From Macrostomum lignano (taxonomy: Eukaryota), in contig NIVC01000211.1 of assembly GCA_002269645.1 (NCBI GenBank), forward strand, positions 248,001 to 312,000: a DNA stretch of 64,000 nt. The letters run 5' to 3'. The position numbers and the translations under genes were made by a program. Position 1 is the stretch's first letter. Each line of letters starts with the position of its first letter. The notes below the pieces were generated by a model. It saw only the letters and a program-made list of their open reading frames with translations. It was not told where the DNA came from and searched no databases. Positions 22,431 to 36,714 of the stretch are shown piece by piece.

Positions 22431-23842
22431 TCTCTAAACAGCCTCTATAGAGTGCCAGTCTCCATCGTGATTGAACTGCGCAGACGAGTCGCTTCGGCAA
22501 TAAAATCGTAGTGTGACGTCAGTAGAAATTTTTTATCACGTGAGTATAGGGCTATACGCTAATTTTAATTGTATGAAATTTCCAAAAATTACCAAAATCG
22601 CTTTTTTGCTACTCTAGATAAATTTATGCCTTCTCTTTTAGGGCTTAGTCCAGGGGAACACCTGCCCATATTTTCAATTTAATTATTTTTTGCCTTTTGT
22701 CGAATTAGGAGCTAAACTATTTATAGCAATTGTTGCATAAAGAAAAGTCCCGGTTGAAAGTAGTAGCTTTGGTGTTTTTTTGAGAGTTTTAGCTGTAGCC
22801 TTCTAAATTAATAGGATTGATGACACCTGCATGCCTGCATAGTACCTCAGCTGTTAAACTCATCATGTTTATGTCCCAGCTACTGACCTCTAATCGTCCA
22901 TTTAGGCGCCTTACCTTTCACTTTTCCTTATTGTACAACAAACCTAACCTCACCTCGCTTTGAAGTATTTTACTTTGCAGTCTTGTGGCCCATTCTTATT
23001 GATTTCTAAACCCTATATCATTCCGAAGTTTTTATGAAATTCTTGTATGCCAAAAAGTACCTGAACCGGCAATCAAAATGAAAACGATGAAATTGCTTAA
23101 AGACTGCGACATAAAATACTATTTAAAACGCTCTGAACGAAGTAAAACACATCCTTACAATAAAAAGAGACATCATGTCAAGCACATTTTATCACACATT
23201 CAATGGTCATGCAGAAGAGAGACGTGAAATGTAGTACAGAACAGTGTATTCGTACAGCTGCGCAAAACTAGAAGCAAACTAAGACTGGCATGAGTCCTTA
23301 ATTAATCTGCTCACCTGATTTGGACTCCCACTATTTAACTCGTGCCTAGTGAACTTTTCAAAAAACGGTAAAATAGGCATCATCCCATGACACTCGCAGA
23401 CTCACGACACGAAACACTCCATGCCAAGAGACACCGAGTCAAAGAACCAAGAGTGAATCTTGTCTTTCGTGTAACATCGGACAAACAAGACCTGGAAATA
23501 GAACCAAACAGAAGCAGCAACTCAGCAGAATTAAGAACAGCAGTCGTCACATCACAATCACTCGCCAGATCATCATGAGAACTCATCAGAACAAGAGCAG
23601 CCGCTGCAATCTAGATAAATAGGACTTCAATCCAGAGACGTGCTGAGATTGAAAGAGCAAAATTAAACCAAATCAAAGGCTGCAAAGCAGCAAACAGTCA
23701 GACAATAGAGAAAAAACAGGAATAACAACAGAAGCAGTCGAAACAAAGAAGATCATATTTACACTGTGAAAGAAGAGCTGAACCACCCACTAGCGGCAAA
23801 GAGATCAACAAGACATTAACAAACACTACAGAAACCACTCCA

Positions 23843-24437
<595 letters not shown>

Positions 24438-27400
24438 CCTGAGACAAAAGATCCAATCGGATTCGAGTGGTATCTAAATAGAAATTTTCCCGGCCTAAGT
24501 GTACAGTCCATCAAAGATCTCTATCACAGGCTTTTATGTGTATCTACTCAAAACGAAAAAGACATGAACACGCTTACGACAGGGCAGTTACGTTGAAAAA
24601 AATTCTGAAATAATCTATACGCCTACTGTTGAAAATATGCCTCTAGCAGTTGAAGCGAAAGAGATTCCGCATTGCCTACAAGACTCTGAAGATCTGCTAC
24701 ATATCGACTGAGCAACGAGGATCATCTCCAAGCAGGAGGCCCAGCACCGTCTACTAGGGTCTTACCTCGAAATCAATCAGCAATTGAGAGATGCCGAGAT
24801 GAGAATAAAACTCGGCCATATCTGGTACAGATATAAACTTTTATACCCAGTTAAAGAAGCTACACGAAGCTGATTTCAAGGCTTCGGACATCTTCATTAC
24901 CGCTGCAAAAACAAGTAATTCTGTAGCAAATGTGCTAGAGAACATGCCTCAGCTGACTGCTCAAAAGATACGCAACTAAAATGTGCCAACTGTGGTGGTA
25001 GAGCGCACGTCTTACTCTCAAAAATGTCATGCTGTCAGAAGGACGTATCATCAAGCTGATGACCGAGAACATACACGAATTGCTGGTTTGGTTAGAAAAC
25101 ATCTGGCGCAACAGCAAAGATACGATGCAGACAGGGATGACACTGGAACTGCTTTGGACAAGAAATAGACAATTTTTTCCAGCAAAGCAGCAGCAGTTGT
25201 TTTACGCTGCAGCGGCGACTCAAGCGGCGACATAGCAGGCGGGCGCTGCTCGATGAAACGACTTAACGGATATTCCTGAAGCAGTCTGGTCGAGGGGCCT
25301 CTGCATTCCCTGCGAGCGGTGGTCTTAATGATGTGTGTGTGTGCCAGGCGACGGCTGGCTCTGCGACGGAACCCACGGCGGTCCCCACGGCTCTCTGACA
25401 CTCACCAACATGACCCCAGGCTTGACCCACTTGGACAAGCCGTTACCTACGGCACCCAGGCACACTGGGCTGATCCCAGGATCCAGTAAAGGTCTGATCT
25501 GCCTAACTCTAGTCACAATAATGGAAAGCCCCAGTTCACCACGCTGATTTCTTCAGAGTAGCTGTGCGGACACTGAGTCGCATTATTGGGATGGTTCAGG
25601 ACGACTGTTCGGTGCCCAGGCTGCGGAGGAACTTGCAGTCCGGGTAGTGACTGAGGTCCTGAGCTCACTCATGGAGCTAGAGGTGCCTGTTTGCCTCCTG
25701 GACAGCTGAAGAACTAAAGCCGCATTGTCACTCCATACTGGTATTTAAATTAAGCTCTAATTCTAGCTCTAAACATAGAGCCGACTGCACAGATTGTTCA
25801 GACACGATGGGCAATTTCACCCATAAGGATTTGAAAATTGGAGTCCTAAACTGCAACAAACCTACAAACAAAATCCACCAAATCATAAAATGGGCTCAAG
25901 ACAAAGACTTGCCGGTAGCCATAGGTTTGCTATCTAAAACCTTGCTGTACTGCAGAGAATATCTTGTTTATTCAAAGTTTTTTATTCATCATTAGATTTA
26001 CATCCCTTTGATAAAAAAGGCAATTAGATAAATAGCATGCACGGTAAGCAATTATTTAGGCCCTAGACAAACCTACTTGGAGCGTTCGGAGATTTTAAAG
26101 CTATTGGCCCTAATCGCCTATCGCCGGTCGGCGAGTCCTACCAGTCTTTCTCCAGTAGCCGCAGGTACAGTACAAGAAAATAAAGAACACGAGGGAACAC
26201 GAACCGAATAGATTTAGAGAGTGATAATCCTATTTCAAGAATAACTAAACTTGATTGACGATTTAATTTGACAAGCTATGATAAGTTACAAGGCTCTCAA
26301 TACGATTCACGGCGCAGATAAATTGACACTGATGATAACGAGTAATAACGATACAACGATTAGCGATAATAAATTAATAACGCAACTGGCAAACGGATCT
26401 CAGCTGAGGAAGAGAAAGAAGAACCGAACACGACCACGGAGAAGACTCCTAACCCCTGGCCTAAACCAGAACCTACACTCAACGAGAGCACTGCCGAAAC
26501 CGGGGAAAGAAAGGAAAGGTGAGATCCGATTGCCAAACACACTTTCATATATAGTCAGAGTCAGACCCTCACAACCCCCCTCAAACCGGGTGGTGGTCGT
26601 CTGGCCGGCCGCCCGCTAAGCCGAATTGCACTGTGCCCGCGGCGCCGGGTAGAACTGAAACTTGCCGCGTGCCAGGGTCCAGGCCGGTTCTGATTGGCTG
26701 GCCGCCCAAAGCTGGGGTTCGCAGAAAACTCAACCCTCCGCTGAGTCACAGAATTGGCGTCTGACTTCTAACCTGTTTACAAATTTAGATTTTAACTAAC
26801 AAGAAAAAAGTACATTAGACCGCGTGACTAATTGAAGCAAAATAAAAAAATAATTAACAATATAGAAACTAATACAATCAATTAACTAACAAAATACACG
26901 CAAAAGATGCTCACACTACATCCCTGACTATTGCCTTGGGTTTGGCCATCGTTTACAAAAATAAAATCTTATGGACATCACGCGGATGTTAAAATACACT
27001 TTGACGGTCAAACTCATGAGCTCAATAGAGTTACAGTCAATCAGACAAGTTCAAGTGCTCGCCGGACCAGCTCAACATGGATCTTCTTGGGCAGAGCAGA
27101 CCCTTTAACAACTTCCACTCCCTTGTGTTTGGTGATCTTAACTGTACGCATGGTGTTCTAGATGGAGATAGTGCATCTAATCATTCCGGCAAACAGCTCA
27201 TTGAAACAACTGAGAGTCTAAATTCCCCTCGAAATATACTCCACAGGTATTCTAATTAAACTAGACTTTATAACAGAACGGGTAAAACCCTAGAGAAAGT
27301 AATTAATCTTGCTATCTGTATCAGTAGTAGTATGGTGCCACACAGGAGTGAGATATTCCCCATCCTTATGCAAGTTTCGGTTGACCCGAGCCGCAAAAAT

Positions 27401-28319
27401 GCTAAAGACTCTTCCCCAAGAACTGACTGGGAAAAGCTTAGGTTCACCCTGCAAGACCCTCTCGACAGCATCCGATTGTTGAACTCGAGCATATTCACCC
27501 CAGAAGACATTGATCAAGCCGTTAAGTGCCGAAACCACGGCAAATCCATGAAACTGTCCAAGAGGTGGTCCCACACAGAGATCCCAGAGAACAACTCCCC
27601 CAGATGGGATCAGGCTGATCAAGCACAGAAGAAACCTGAGAAAATGATATATAAAGGCAGGTACAAGAAATACGAAGACCGCTGCAAGAAAATTGCCAGA
27701 ACTATGATCAATCTCGGAGTTTTTGGAAGAATGTTAAAAGATGATTGGGGAAGCCAGGAAAGGCAGGGTGACACAGAATTTGAATAAGCCAAGCTGTTGC
27801 AAAAATTCTTTGATGCTCAAATCCAGCTTAAACACAATAACAAATCACTTTAGAAAGTCAGCGAAGCTAAAACAGTATTTTAGCCAAATGCAGCAATTCT
27901 TCCAGCCCTGTCGTATCAAAAAGTTAAGAATGATGCAGAGGATTTTGGAGAGGAAGCCAATAAGCAGACGTCCTTGATATCTGTCATCAATCTGAATGTT
28001 ACCATGCTAATTTGAGATCAGTGGGTGCCTCTGGCCCTGATAGCATCCTAAACGTGTTGCTGAAAAAGGGCCTTGTATTCATAGTGCTCAAGCGATCCCG
28101 AATGTATATGTAAATCCACATTGCCTACAGTGCGTACATTCAACTTAAAGTGCGGCAATTCTTTCGCCGGCCCCAATCTGGTGGCGCGTTTATCATGTTT
28201 ATTATTCAAATTTTGCAAGTAAATGAACATCGATCAACCCACATTAGAGCAGGGCGCAACTTTTGTCCCAGCACTCTGGCCTTTTTCCATATAGTCATTA
28301 CATTTGCGTCGTAAGAGCG

Positions 28320-28673
28320 AGCCATGGCGTTACGACTGCCACCCTAGGACAGGAGCATTCAGAGAAGACGCACACACTATCGGTAAACGCTGATAAGAAT
28401 GGGCTGAAAACCTACATGAAATAGACCAAACGATTGCACGAGACCAAAGTGCAAACACTGCAGCACTTATTGAGACCTTGTGAGCAAACAATTTTAAGGC
28501 CGCAACAATGTCGTATTCATCAGTCCATACCAATACCAGCATTATATTCAGTAGGATGACGAACAGATCGACTCAGGGTACAGCTGGCTGTGGAGCGCAT
28601 CAGAAGCGTGCCAGTTTGGAGACCTGCGGCAGTCACTGATCCGAGACCAAATCGTGGCCTGCTGCCGCGCTTA
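28320..28673 (+). mobile_element. Small Gypsy gag-like fragment nested in the LINE
   Basis: SASEACQFGDLRQSLIRDQIVA resembles the C.FG.L.D.LIRDQIV.G gag motif. Confidence 0.5.
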
Positions 28674-31600
28674 GGAAGCTGCAGTTGTGTTGTGGCAGGG
28701 AGCCCGTAAAAGGGCCGTTTTTCTAACTATTTAAAAAGGGGTATTTTTCCTTACTACTCTACTACTCGTAGAGTAGTGCTTAAATTATTCGAGTAATGTA
28801 TTTTGAAATATATTTTGAATCACGTGACTTTTTGGGGTTTTTAATTTATCGATCGTGTCATAATTTATTGTTTAATGTAAAATATAAGCGCGGGCTGTCC
28901 TAAGTGGAGCTCTCGTCTTTTTCCGGCAAAAGTCTTACCTGCCTAAGTATTCGGTTGTTTTTCCTGTGTTAGTCTATTGAGACACCACAGAAGCGACTCT
29001 TAAACGCACCGAATATCAGCCTCTGCAGACACTCTACAGCTAGCAGGAACATTAAGACAAGTCTGAAAAAAACAGACCAGAGCCTCAACTCCATCAGAGT
29101 AATTATAAAACTGTTTAACACCAGCTTCTCTATAGGATGCTTTAATAAACAATGTAAAATACATATATAAGATGATTCTAAGACCTCAAAGGCTCAAACC
29201 TCGGGTTGAGAGCTACAGACCATCTGTGTGACTTCATGCTTAGGGAAGTCGAACGAGATTTTAGCGAATAATCCCCAAACCCTCTTGGAAAACCTGGGTA
29301 TCATAAATCCAGACCAATGTACCTTTGACAGCAGTTTTAGAATCACAGAAGATATTCTCAAAGTACTCCACATCCGTTATTTCACGATTTTGTTGCTTTT
29401 TGATTTTAAAGAGCCTTTGAAACGGCACGATTACCGTAGATACAACCTCTTGGACAGCAAGGAAACTGGTAACTCAGAACTTGATCAGAACCATTTCGAG
29501 CTATCTTGACGAAAAAGAAGTCCAGGTAAAAGTTAGGGGGAGGGTAAGTGCTTATTTATACTGTAGCTTCACTCCCACAGTGGGTGTTTCTCATGGTAAG
29601 GTGCTGTCGCCGCTCCTCTTTCTGGATCTATGTCAGCACGATAGCTCTTATAACTGAAAGGAAGTTAAAAATCAGTCAATACGCAAGTGACCTGGCAGTC
29701 GGAGCAAGAGCGTGAAAGTCTACTATATCAACAATAATTTCATAGCTCTGAAAATGGCCTGATGATGTTGAAATCATTAGTAATCCCACGAGAAGTAAGA
29801 CAGTGTCCTTCTTTAATCCGCTGGGATACAGAAGTCCCAGCTCACCCTTGGTAGTGTTAGCACACCCCAGTACGACTCAGTCTCCTTTCTTTGCATCTTT
29901 CTTGACAAGCAGCTTACTTTCAATGAGCACTTGAATAAAGTTATTTACACAGCTCAAAATAAGCTTTTTGCGCTTCAAAGAGTAGCAAAAAGACCAACAT
30001 TTCTCAGCTGGGTCTCAGGCTGACTTACAGAATGTACATTGAATGATACATTATTATAGTGCTCTAATCTTGATTCACCTAGCAGACAAACTGTTCAAGA
30101 AGCAGCATCAACTTATCCAAAACAGAGCTCTGAGAAGCACCATTGATGCTCCAACTTGCACTAAAACCAGCTACCTACACTAAATCACCAAGATGCTCAT
30201 GCTAAAAGACATCATCATGGATCTATAGCAAAGTTCGCTTAAGTAGAAGCCAGTGGGCTACATGACTTTGACCACGTGAAGTCAGAATTTAAAGCGTGAA
30301 GTCAAAATTTACCCAAATACAATATTCTATGACTATATTTGTTAAAATACGAGTGCATGACTCATACATGCACCAAAACTTTCTTTGTCTTCCTATAATT
30401 TTGTGTCTGCTTTAGATGGGCCGATTTGTTTTAAATTCGGTTATTACTGCAGATGCACGCAATACTTTATGTATGCACCTTTTTATTATAACTGGCTGGC
30501 TTTTAAGAGACGCTGAAATCTCCGACCCCCGCGGACTCGCTGTTCTGCGCAAATCTATCATGCGCTTGCGCGCGCCTTTTGACAGCAACCCAACTTGGCT
30601 TGCTGTAGTTTGTTGTTGTTGTAAAGTCTGACTTAGGAAAAGGATCTCAAGTTGAAAATGTCTCATGCGTAGGCAGTTGGTTGCTCTATTGGAGGACCAA
30701 TTGGTGTGACTGGTTTGATTGCTTTGCTTGGTGTGACTAGTGTGACTAGTGTGATTAATAGGATTGGTTTGATTGATTTGATCAAAAAAAGTACATGTTG
30801 CTACGGATTACGCAAAAACAAAGCTGGCAATGACATAGGGTTCAGAAAAACACAAGAATATGCATCATAAAAAGAAGCCAAAGTATAAAAGAACGCCAAG
30901 CGAGATGAGATTAGGCTAGAAGCGCAAAAAAGTAACAGTGAAAGATAAGGCGCGTAAATTGATTGAGTAGAGGTCTTAAGCATGATAAGAGTTTAACAGC
31001 AGCCACCATTCCAGATAGCAAGCAAATCGAGATAGCTAACTTTTCTGTCAGCCCAGGTAGGTACCAAGTAGATCCAGTCGGCACAGTGCCATGCAAAGCC
31101 AGACGGCGAGATACTTCAACTGGCAGGCGAGATAAAGCCTCAACCAACCCAGAGAATGTGCGGTGCGAAAGATCAGAAAATGGACTCAAGACTCAAACTC
31201 AGCCAAGCTATCTGACTGATATCAAATAATCTACTACGTACTATTCTCGAACCGTAGTAACCTATTAACTTAATGTAAAACTAAAGTATGTGTTTGTTTA
31301 TTTTGACCTGGCCGTTGCTAACCACGAGAAAATCCAACCTCCTCCTGTGGTAGGGGCCGAAGTTTTGTAACATCTATAAAATAGACCAGGCCCAGGCCCT
31401 GAGAGCGGGAACTCTGGCTTTTTTGCTAGAACTCTTTTCAGTTATCTTTCAAATACTAAAGAGTTCTGTTACTAATTTGTGTGAGTTACATGTACCTTCA
31501 ATAAGCTGGTGACACAACTGAGCGGTCCGGTCTCGGTGCCAATAAGAGCTTCTGTCGCGCCTGAGGCCGCACAGCGACTGTGCGGTGAGTGACTGACAGC

Positions 31601-31744
31601 TGCTGCGGTCTTGTTTGTATTTCTAATGAGGAAAGTCTCAGGTGCAAAAATCTCATAAAGCCAAGTCAACTCAGGTAAGTGGACATTATGGAGCGAAATC
31701 TCTGGTGAAAATTTTCAAGCTCAGGGGATTTTCAATCGGAGCAG

Positions 31745-32683
31745 ACTCAAGTAACGGGATCTCAAGGGGAGCAAAGACTCAAGTAACGGGACCTCAAGGG
31801 GAGCAATGATTCAAGTAACGGGACCTCAAGGGGAGCAATGACTCAAGTAACGGGACCTCAAGGGGAGCAATGATTCAAGTAACGGGACCTCAAGGGGAGC
31901 AATGACTCAAGTAACGGGACCTCAAGGGGAGCAAAGACTCAAGTAACGGGACCTCAAGGGGAGCAATGACTCAAGTAACGGGACCTCAAGGGGAGCAAAG
32001 ACTCAAGTAACGGGACCTCAAGGGGAGCAATGACTCAAGTAACGGGACCTCAAGGGGAGCAAAGACTCAAGTAACGGGACCTCAAGGGGAGCAATGATTC
32101 AAGTAACGGGATCTCAAGGGGAGCAATGACTCAAGTAACGGGATCTCAAGGGGAGCAAATGACTCAAGTAACGGGATCTCAAGGGGAGCAAATGACTCAA
32201 GTAACGGGATCTCAAGGGGAGCAAAGACTCAAGTAACGGGATCTCAAGAGGAGCAAAGACTCAAGTAACGGGACCTCAAGAGGAGCAATGACTCAAGTAA
32301 CTGGATCTCAAGGGGAGCAATGACTCAAGTAACGGGATCTCAAGGGGAGCAAATGACTCAAGTAACGGGATCTCAAGGGGAGCAATGACTCAAGTAACGG
32401 CAGGGGCGTAGCCAGAGGGGGGGGGCAAGGGGGGCCGTGGCCCCCCCTAATCACCAACTCTGGCCTTGGCGCCCCCCCCCCTAAAAGAAACTGGCGCTCC
32501 CCCCCCCCCCCTAAAAGAAACTGGCGCCCCCCCCCTATAAGAAACTGGCGCCCCCTATAAGAAGCTGGCGCCCCCTAACTCACGCCCCCCCCAATCAAAA
32601 TTCCTGGCTACGCCCCTGAGTAACGGGATCCCAATGGGAGCAATGACTCAAGTAACGGGATCTCAAGGGAAGCAATGACTCAT
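31745..32683. repeat. 32-bp minisatellite (GACTCAAGTAACGGGAYCTCAAGGGGAGCAAW), ~22 units, interrupted by a MITE
   Basis: Direct tandem units 31745-32400 and 32619-32683. Confidence 0.95.
32401..32618. mobile_element. hAT-type MITE (218 bp)
   Basis: Perfect 15-bp TIR CAGGGGCGTAGCCAG...CTGGCTACGCCCCTG; perfect 8-bp TSD AGTAACGG. Confidence 0.95.
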
Positions 32684-33438
32684 TTTTTCGCCAAGCCACT
32701 CTACCAATTTACACTGACTAAATCAATGCCAAAAATTAGTTTAACTTTAGTGAAAAATTGTTGAAAGCAAATTCGCGCGATCGTTTTACTTTGCAAACAA
32801 CAGAAGTTTCTTTCAAAATTAAAAAGTTGAAAAATCAGACGCTTTATGAAGGAACCAAATCCACTACAAAATCAGTTTCTTGGTTGGAGATTAGCCAATA
32901 TGTTGTTCCCGGGTACACCAGCACCGATGAGCAGTTCTGGCTCTCACTCAGGTAGACTGGATACTGCACTCCTGCCTGCCACGTTTGCTTGACTTACCGC
33001 AGCAATTCTGTCTGCTCATTTTACTTTCCCGCGCGAACTCTCTAAAAGCTTCTACGGCTTTATTCTTTGGGGCGCCGAATGGTGAACTCAAGCTTACCAG
33101 AATGCTCACCAAATTTACGTTATTAAGTTACAAACAAATAGTTACGTCATTAAGCAGAACTGTTTGAAAAGAGCTGGATCTAATAATTTTGATTTCAACT
33201 TACAAGGCAAAAATAAAGGTATGTAGTTCAATTTAAATTTATCTCCAGAATTAGGTGAAGTTTGGCCCATTATCAATTTTTAGTACCAACAACAATTTGT
33301 CACGCTCCAACTCATAAATCCACAGACTCCAATGGATACGGAGCTTGGTTCAGCTGCGTCCATGGCCGCGCGTTCGGATGTGGATGCTGGTTCGGATGTA
33401 GAGGTAAGGGGATTTCATGGGGAGAAAAAACGCAGGTG

Positions 33439-34310
33439 AGGGATCTCAAGGGGATAAATGTCTCCGGTAGGGATCTCAAGGGGATAAATGTCTCCGGTAG
33501 GGATCTCAAGGGGATAAATGTCTCCGGTAGGGATCTCAAGGGGATAAATGTCTCCGGTAGGGATCTCAAGGGGATAAATGTCTCCGGTAGGGATCTCAAG
33601 GGGATAAATGTCTCCGGTAGGGATCTCAAAGGGGATAAATGTCCCCGGTAGGGATCTCAAAGGGAATAAATGTCTCCGGTAGGGATCTCAAAGGGGATAA
33701 ATGTCTCCGGTAGGGATCTCAAGGGGATAAATGTCTCCGGTAGGGATCTCAAGGGGATAAATGTCTCCGGTAGGGATCTCAAGGGGATAAATGTCTCAGG
33801 TAGGGATCTCAAGGGGATAAATGTCTCCGGTAGGGATCTCAAAGGGGATAAATGTCCCCGGTAGGGATCTCAAAGGGAATAAATGTCTCCGGTAGGGATC
33901 TCAAAGGGGATAAATGTCTCCGGTAGGGATCTCAAGGGGATAAATGTCTCCGGTAGGGATCTCAAGGGGATAAATGTCTCCGGTAGGGATCTCAAGTGGA
34001 TAAATGTCTTCGGTAGGGATCTCAAGGGGATAAATGTCTCCGGTAGGGATCTCAAGGGGATAAATGTCTCCGGTAGGGATCTCAAGGGGATAAATGTCTT
34101 CGGTAGGGATCTCAAGGGGATAAATGTCTCCGGTAGGGATCTCAAGGGGATAAATGTCTCCGGTAGGGATCTCAAGGGGATAAATGTCTCCGGTAGGGAT
34201 CTCAAGGGGATAAATGTCTCCGGTAGGGATCTCAAGTGGATAAATGTCTCCGGTAGGGATCTCAAGTGGATAAATGTCTTCGGTAGGGATCTCAAGGGGA
34301 TAAATGTCTT
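33439..34310. repeat. 30-bp minisatellite (AGGGATCTCAAGGGGATAAATGTCTCCGGT), ~29 units
   Basis: Direct tandem units. Confidence 0.95.
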
Positions 34311-36714
34311 AGGTGAGGGGATCTCAGATGAAGACAGTGATATTGGGATTTCAAGGGGAGCAAAAACGCAGGTGCTTGGAATATCCGGGGAAGCAAAGCC
34401 TTAGGTGAGGGGATCTCAAGAGAAGCAATTTCTAAATGATCGGATCTCAAGGGGAGTATTTGTATCAAGGTTGAGGGAATCTCAGGCGAATTTTTAAGTG
34501 TTTTTGCCGTTTTTACATGTTAGTAACCAATGCATCAATGAACCAAAGTATCAGTTTACATTGAGTAAATAAAAAAATTATTAAATTTTAGTGAAAAAAT
34601 ACAACTTAAGGTTAGTTTGCGCTTTGTTTTACATTGCAAACCCTGCAGTTTATTTGATAATCAAAAACTGAAAATCAGCCAGTGGACGCACTTTATGAAG
34701 TCAATTTTACTACGAAATTTTTTGTTTGTTGGATGGTCAACTCAAATTTCAAGAATATTGGAACAAATTTACGATTTTAAACAAACAACAGACAAGTCTT
34801 TGAGCAGAATTTGTTCGTAAAAAAACTATATCGATTAATATATATTTACTAAATAGAATTACGTACAAGAACTAAAGGCACTGAAAAGTTCGCTTTAGCA
34901 CACTAGAGAGATAGAGAGGGAAAGAGAGAGAGAGAGAGAATTGTCTAGTGTCTTGACGCTCGAACTTCCACTTCAGGCCCTAAGCCTGGTAACAAAATGT
35001 AGTGATCACTTACTGATGCGGGCTCCTCTTCTTTGTCGCGCGTGTCTGTAGAGCTTGTCTTCGCAGAGCTGTTCTTCCCGGGGAAGTCTTCTTGAATTCT
35101 AAAATTGGCCGAAGGTGAGAGCGTAACAAGTTAGCCCTAATAACAAGTCAACTTCTATAACAATACGAGGTCCTCCAGAAAGGGTGTCTTCTTCTAGAAC
35201 TAACGGAATCGGAGTCTTGTGCTTCTTTCAGTTAATCTAGGATAATCCAAAATCAATCAATAAACCTCTAAGGGTATCGGAATCGGTCCGCAGATCCTAT
35301 CCAATCCCTTAGGAAAATGGGAGGCCTCAAATTCAATGAAATCAACTGATCAGTAAGGGCCTGCAGTAAAATCGCTCTCAATGAATCCAAATAGCAAAGG
35401 CTCGAACAAAAGATCACCAATTGGTTTACTTCTCCCTCAGAGATGTAGCCTCTTTGGCTGCTCTTGCAAAGTCCAAGATCTTTAGAGGCTGCTCCGAGTC
35501 TGAGATATTTAACGCTGATTTTGGCTTGTATAGTAACATTTTGCGAGAATTAGGTTATTTTGGGTGGGTGACGGGTTCGCGTTTTGGAAATTTAACCCTT
35601 TGAAAATTGAATAAAATTTTCGCGAATACAATAGGTTTCAAGAATCGAATACCATATTCGGAATTCTAAATTTAAATGTTGCAAAATATTATTATTCGTT
35701 AGTTTCGTGGTCTTAAAAATAGATTGTGACAACTTGGAATTTTTAGCTTTCGAGTTTTTAGCATTTTCACGTTACTACTTATAGTAGTTTACTTTGTACT
35801 GTATTTTGGAGATCTCTGCAGCACGCTGTTCAATTTAAATTTATGTACAGAAAAAAGTGAAATTTGGCCCATTTTCATTTTTAGCACCAACAACAGTTTA
35901 TCATTTATCGCGCTTCAACTCGTAAATCCGCAGAGTCCAATGGATCCGGAACTTTGTTCAGCTGCATCCGTGGCCACGGATACGGATACGGATGCTAATT
36001 CGGATACAGTGGTAAGAGGATCACACGGGGATAAGATACTTAGGTGGGGATCTCAAGGGGAGAAAAAACGCAGGTGAGGGGATCTCATGAAGGTGCTATC
36101 AAGCAGCAAGCGAAGTACCATCAGTTTGCTGCTTATGCAGCTAGCAGCAATTAAAAAAAGTTAATATATGATAAAATTCGCTTGTGAACATATTTTTTGC
36201 ACATAAATGAGCAAGTGATGAGGACGCCCTTTTTTCCAAATCCCGCGCTAGCACATGGGCTATAAACTTACTTGCTTACTATCAGTAGGCTAGGGGCATT
36301 TTTATCCGTTTTCTGCAAAGTAACATAGAATTTATACTAGATATATGGTTTGGTCATACTAATAGTCATAATAGCATAGGCGTAACTTTTTGGGTCATAA
36401 ATCATCGCTTTTAAAATCGGTCTGACAGCCACCTGCGCTTCACTCAGTGTTGAGGCTGGCGCCAGATGGTCTGAGGGGATGCGAATAGCAGCTTTTTTCT
36501 CATCATTTTTGACAGGCAATCAGATTTATGAGGTCAGAGCCTATTGTTCGGGTTCACTCAAGCGTGTGACAGCTTTGACAGCTATGCGTTTTACCCCTAA
36601 AAGTACTTTGGGATTAGCGATTAGCGACTTCTCTTCATTATCTTCACTTTCTATATAATAAGAGCTTTCTGTTGGCTGGGGTGCTGCGCAGAATGTCAGG
36701 CAAACTCTGGCTTC

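Larger units (their letters stand above)
14400..22500. repeat. Segmental duplication block B, copy 1 (paired with ~52190-59800)
   Basis: Same order: GTT tract, LINE fragment, CAGATTAGCA array, FReD gene, Gypsy remnant, 25-bp array; large indels differ. Confidence 0.92.

Noticed and set aside
31745-34310. 30-32-bp repeats of CRISPR-like length
   Set aside because: Units are head-to-tail with no unique spacers, there are no cas genes, and the context is eukaryotic; these are minisatellites
33262-34404. (GINVSGRDLK)n / (RSLPETFIPL)n ORFs
   Set aside because: 30-bp minisatellite open in several frames on both strands; no unique coding flanks
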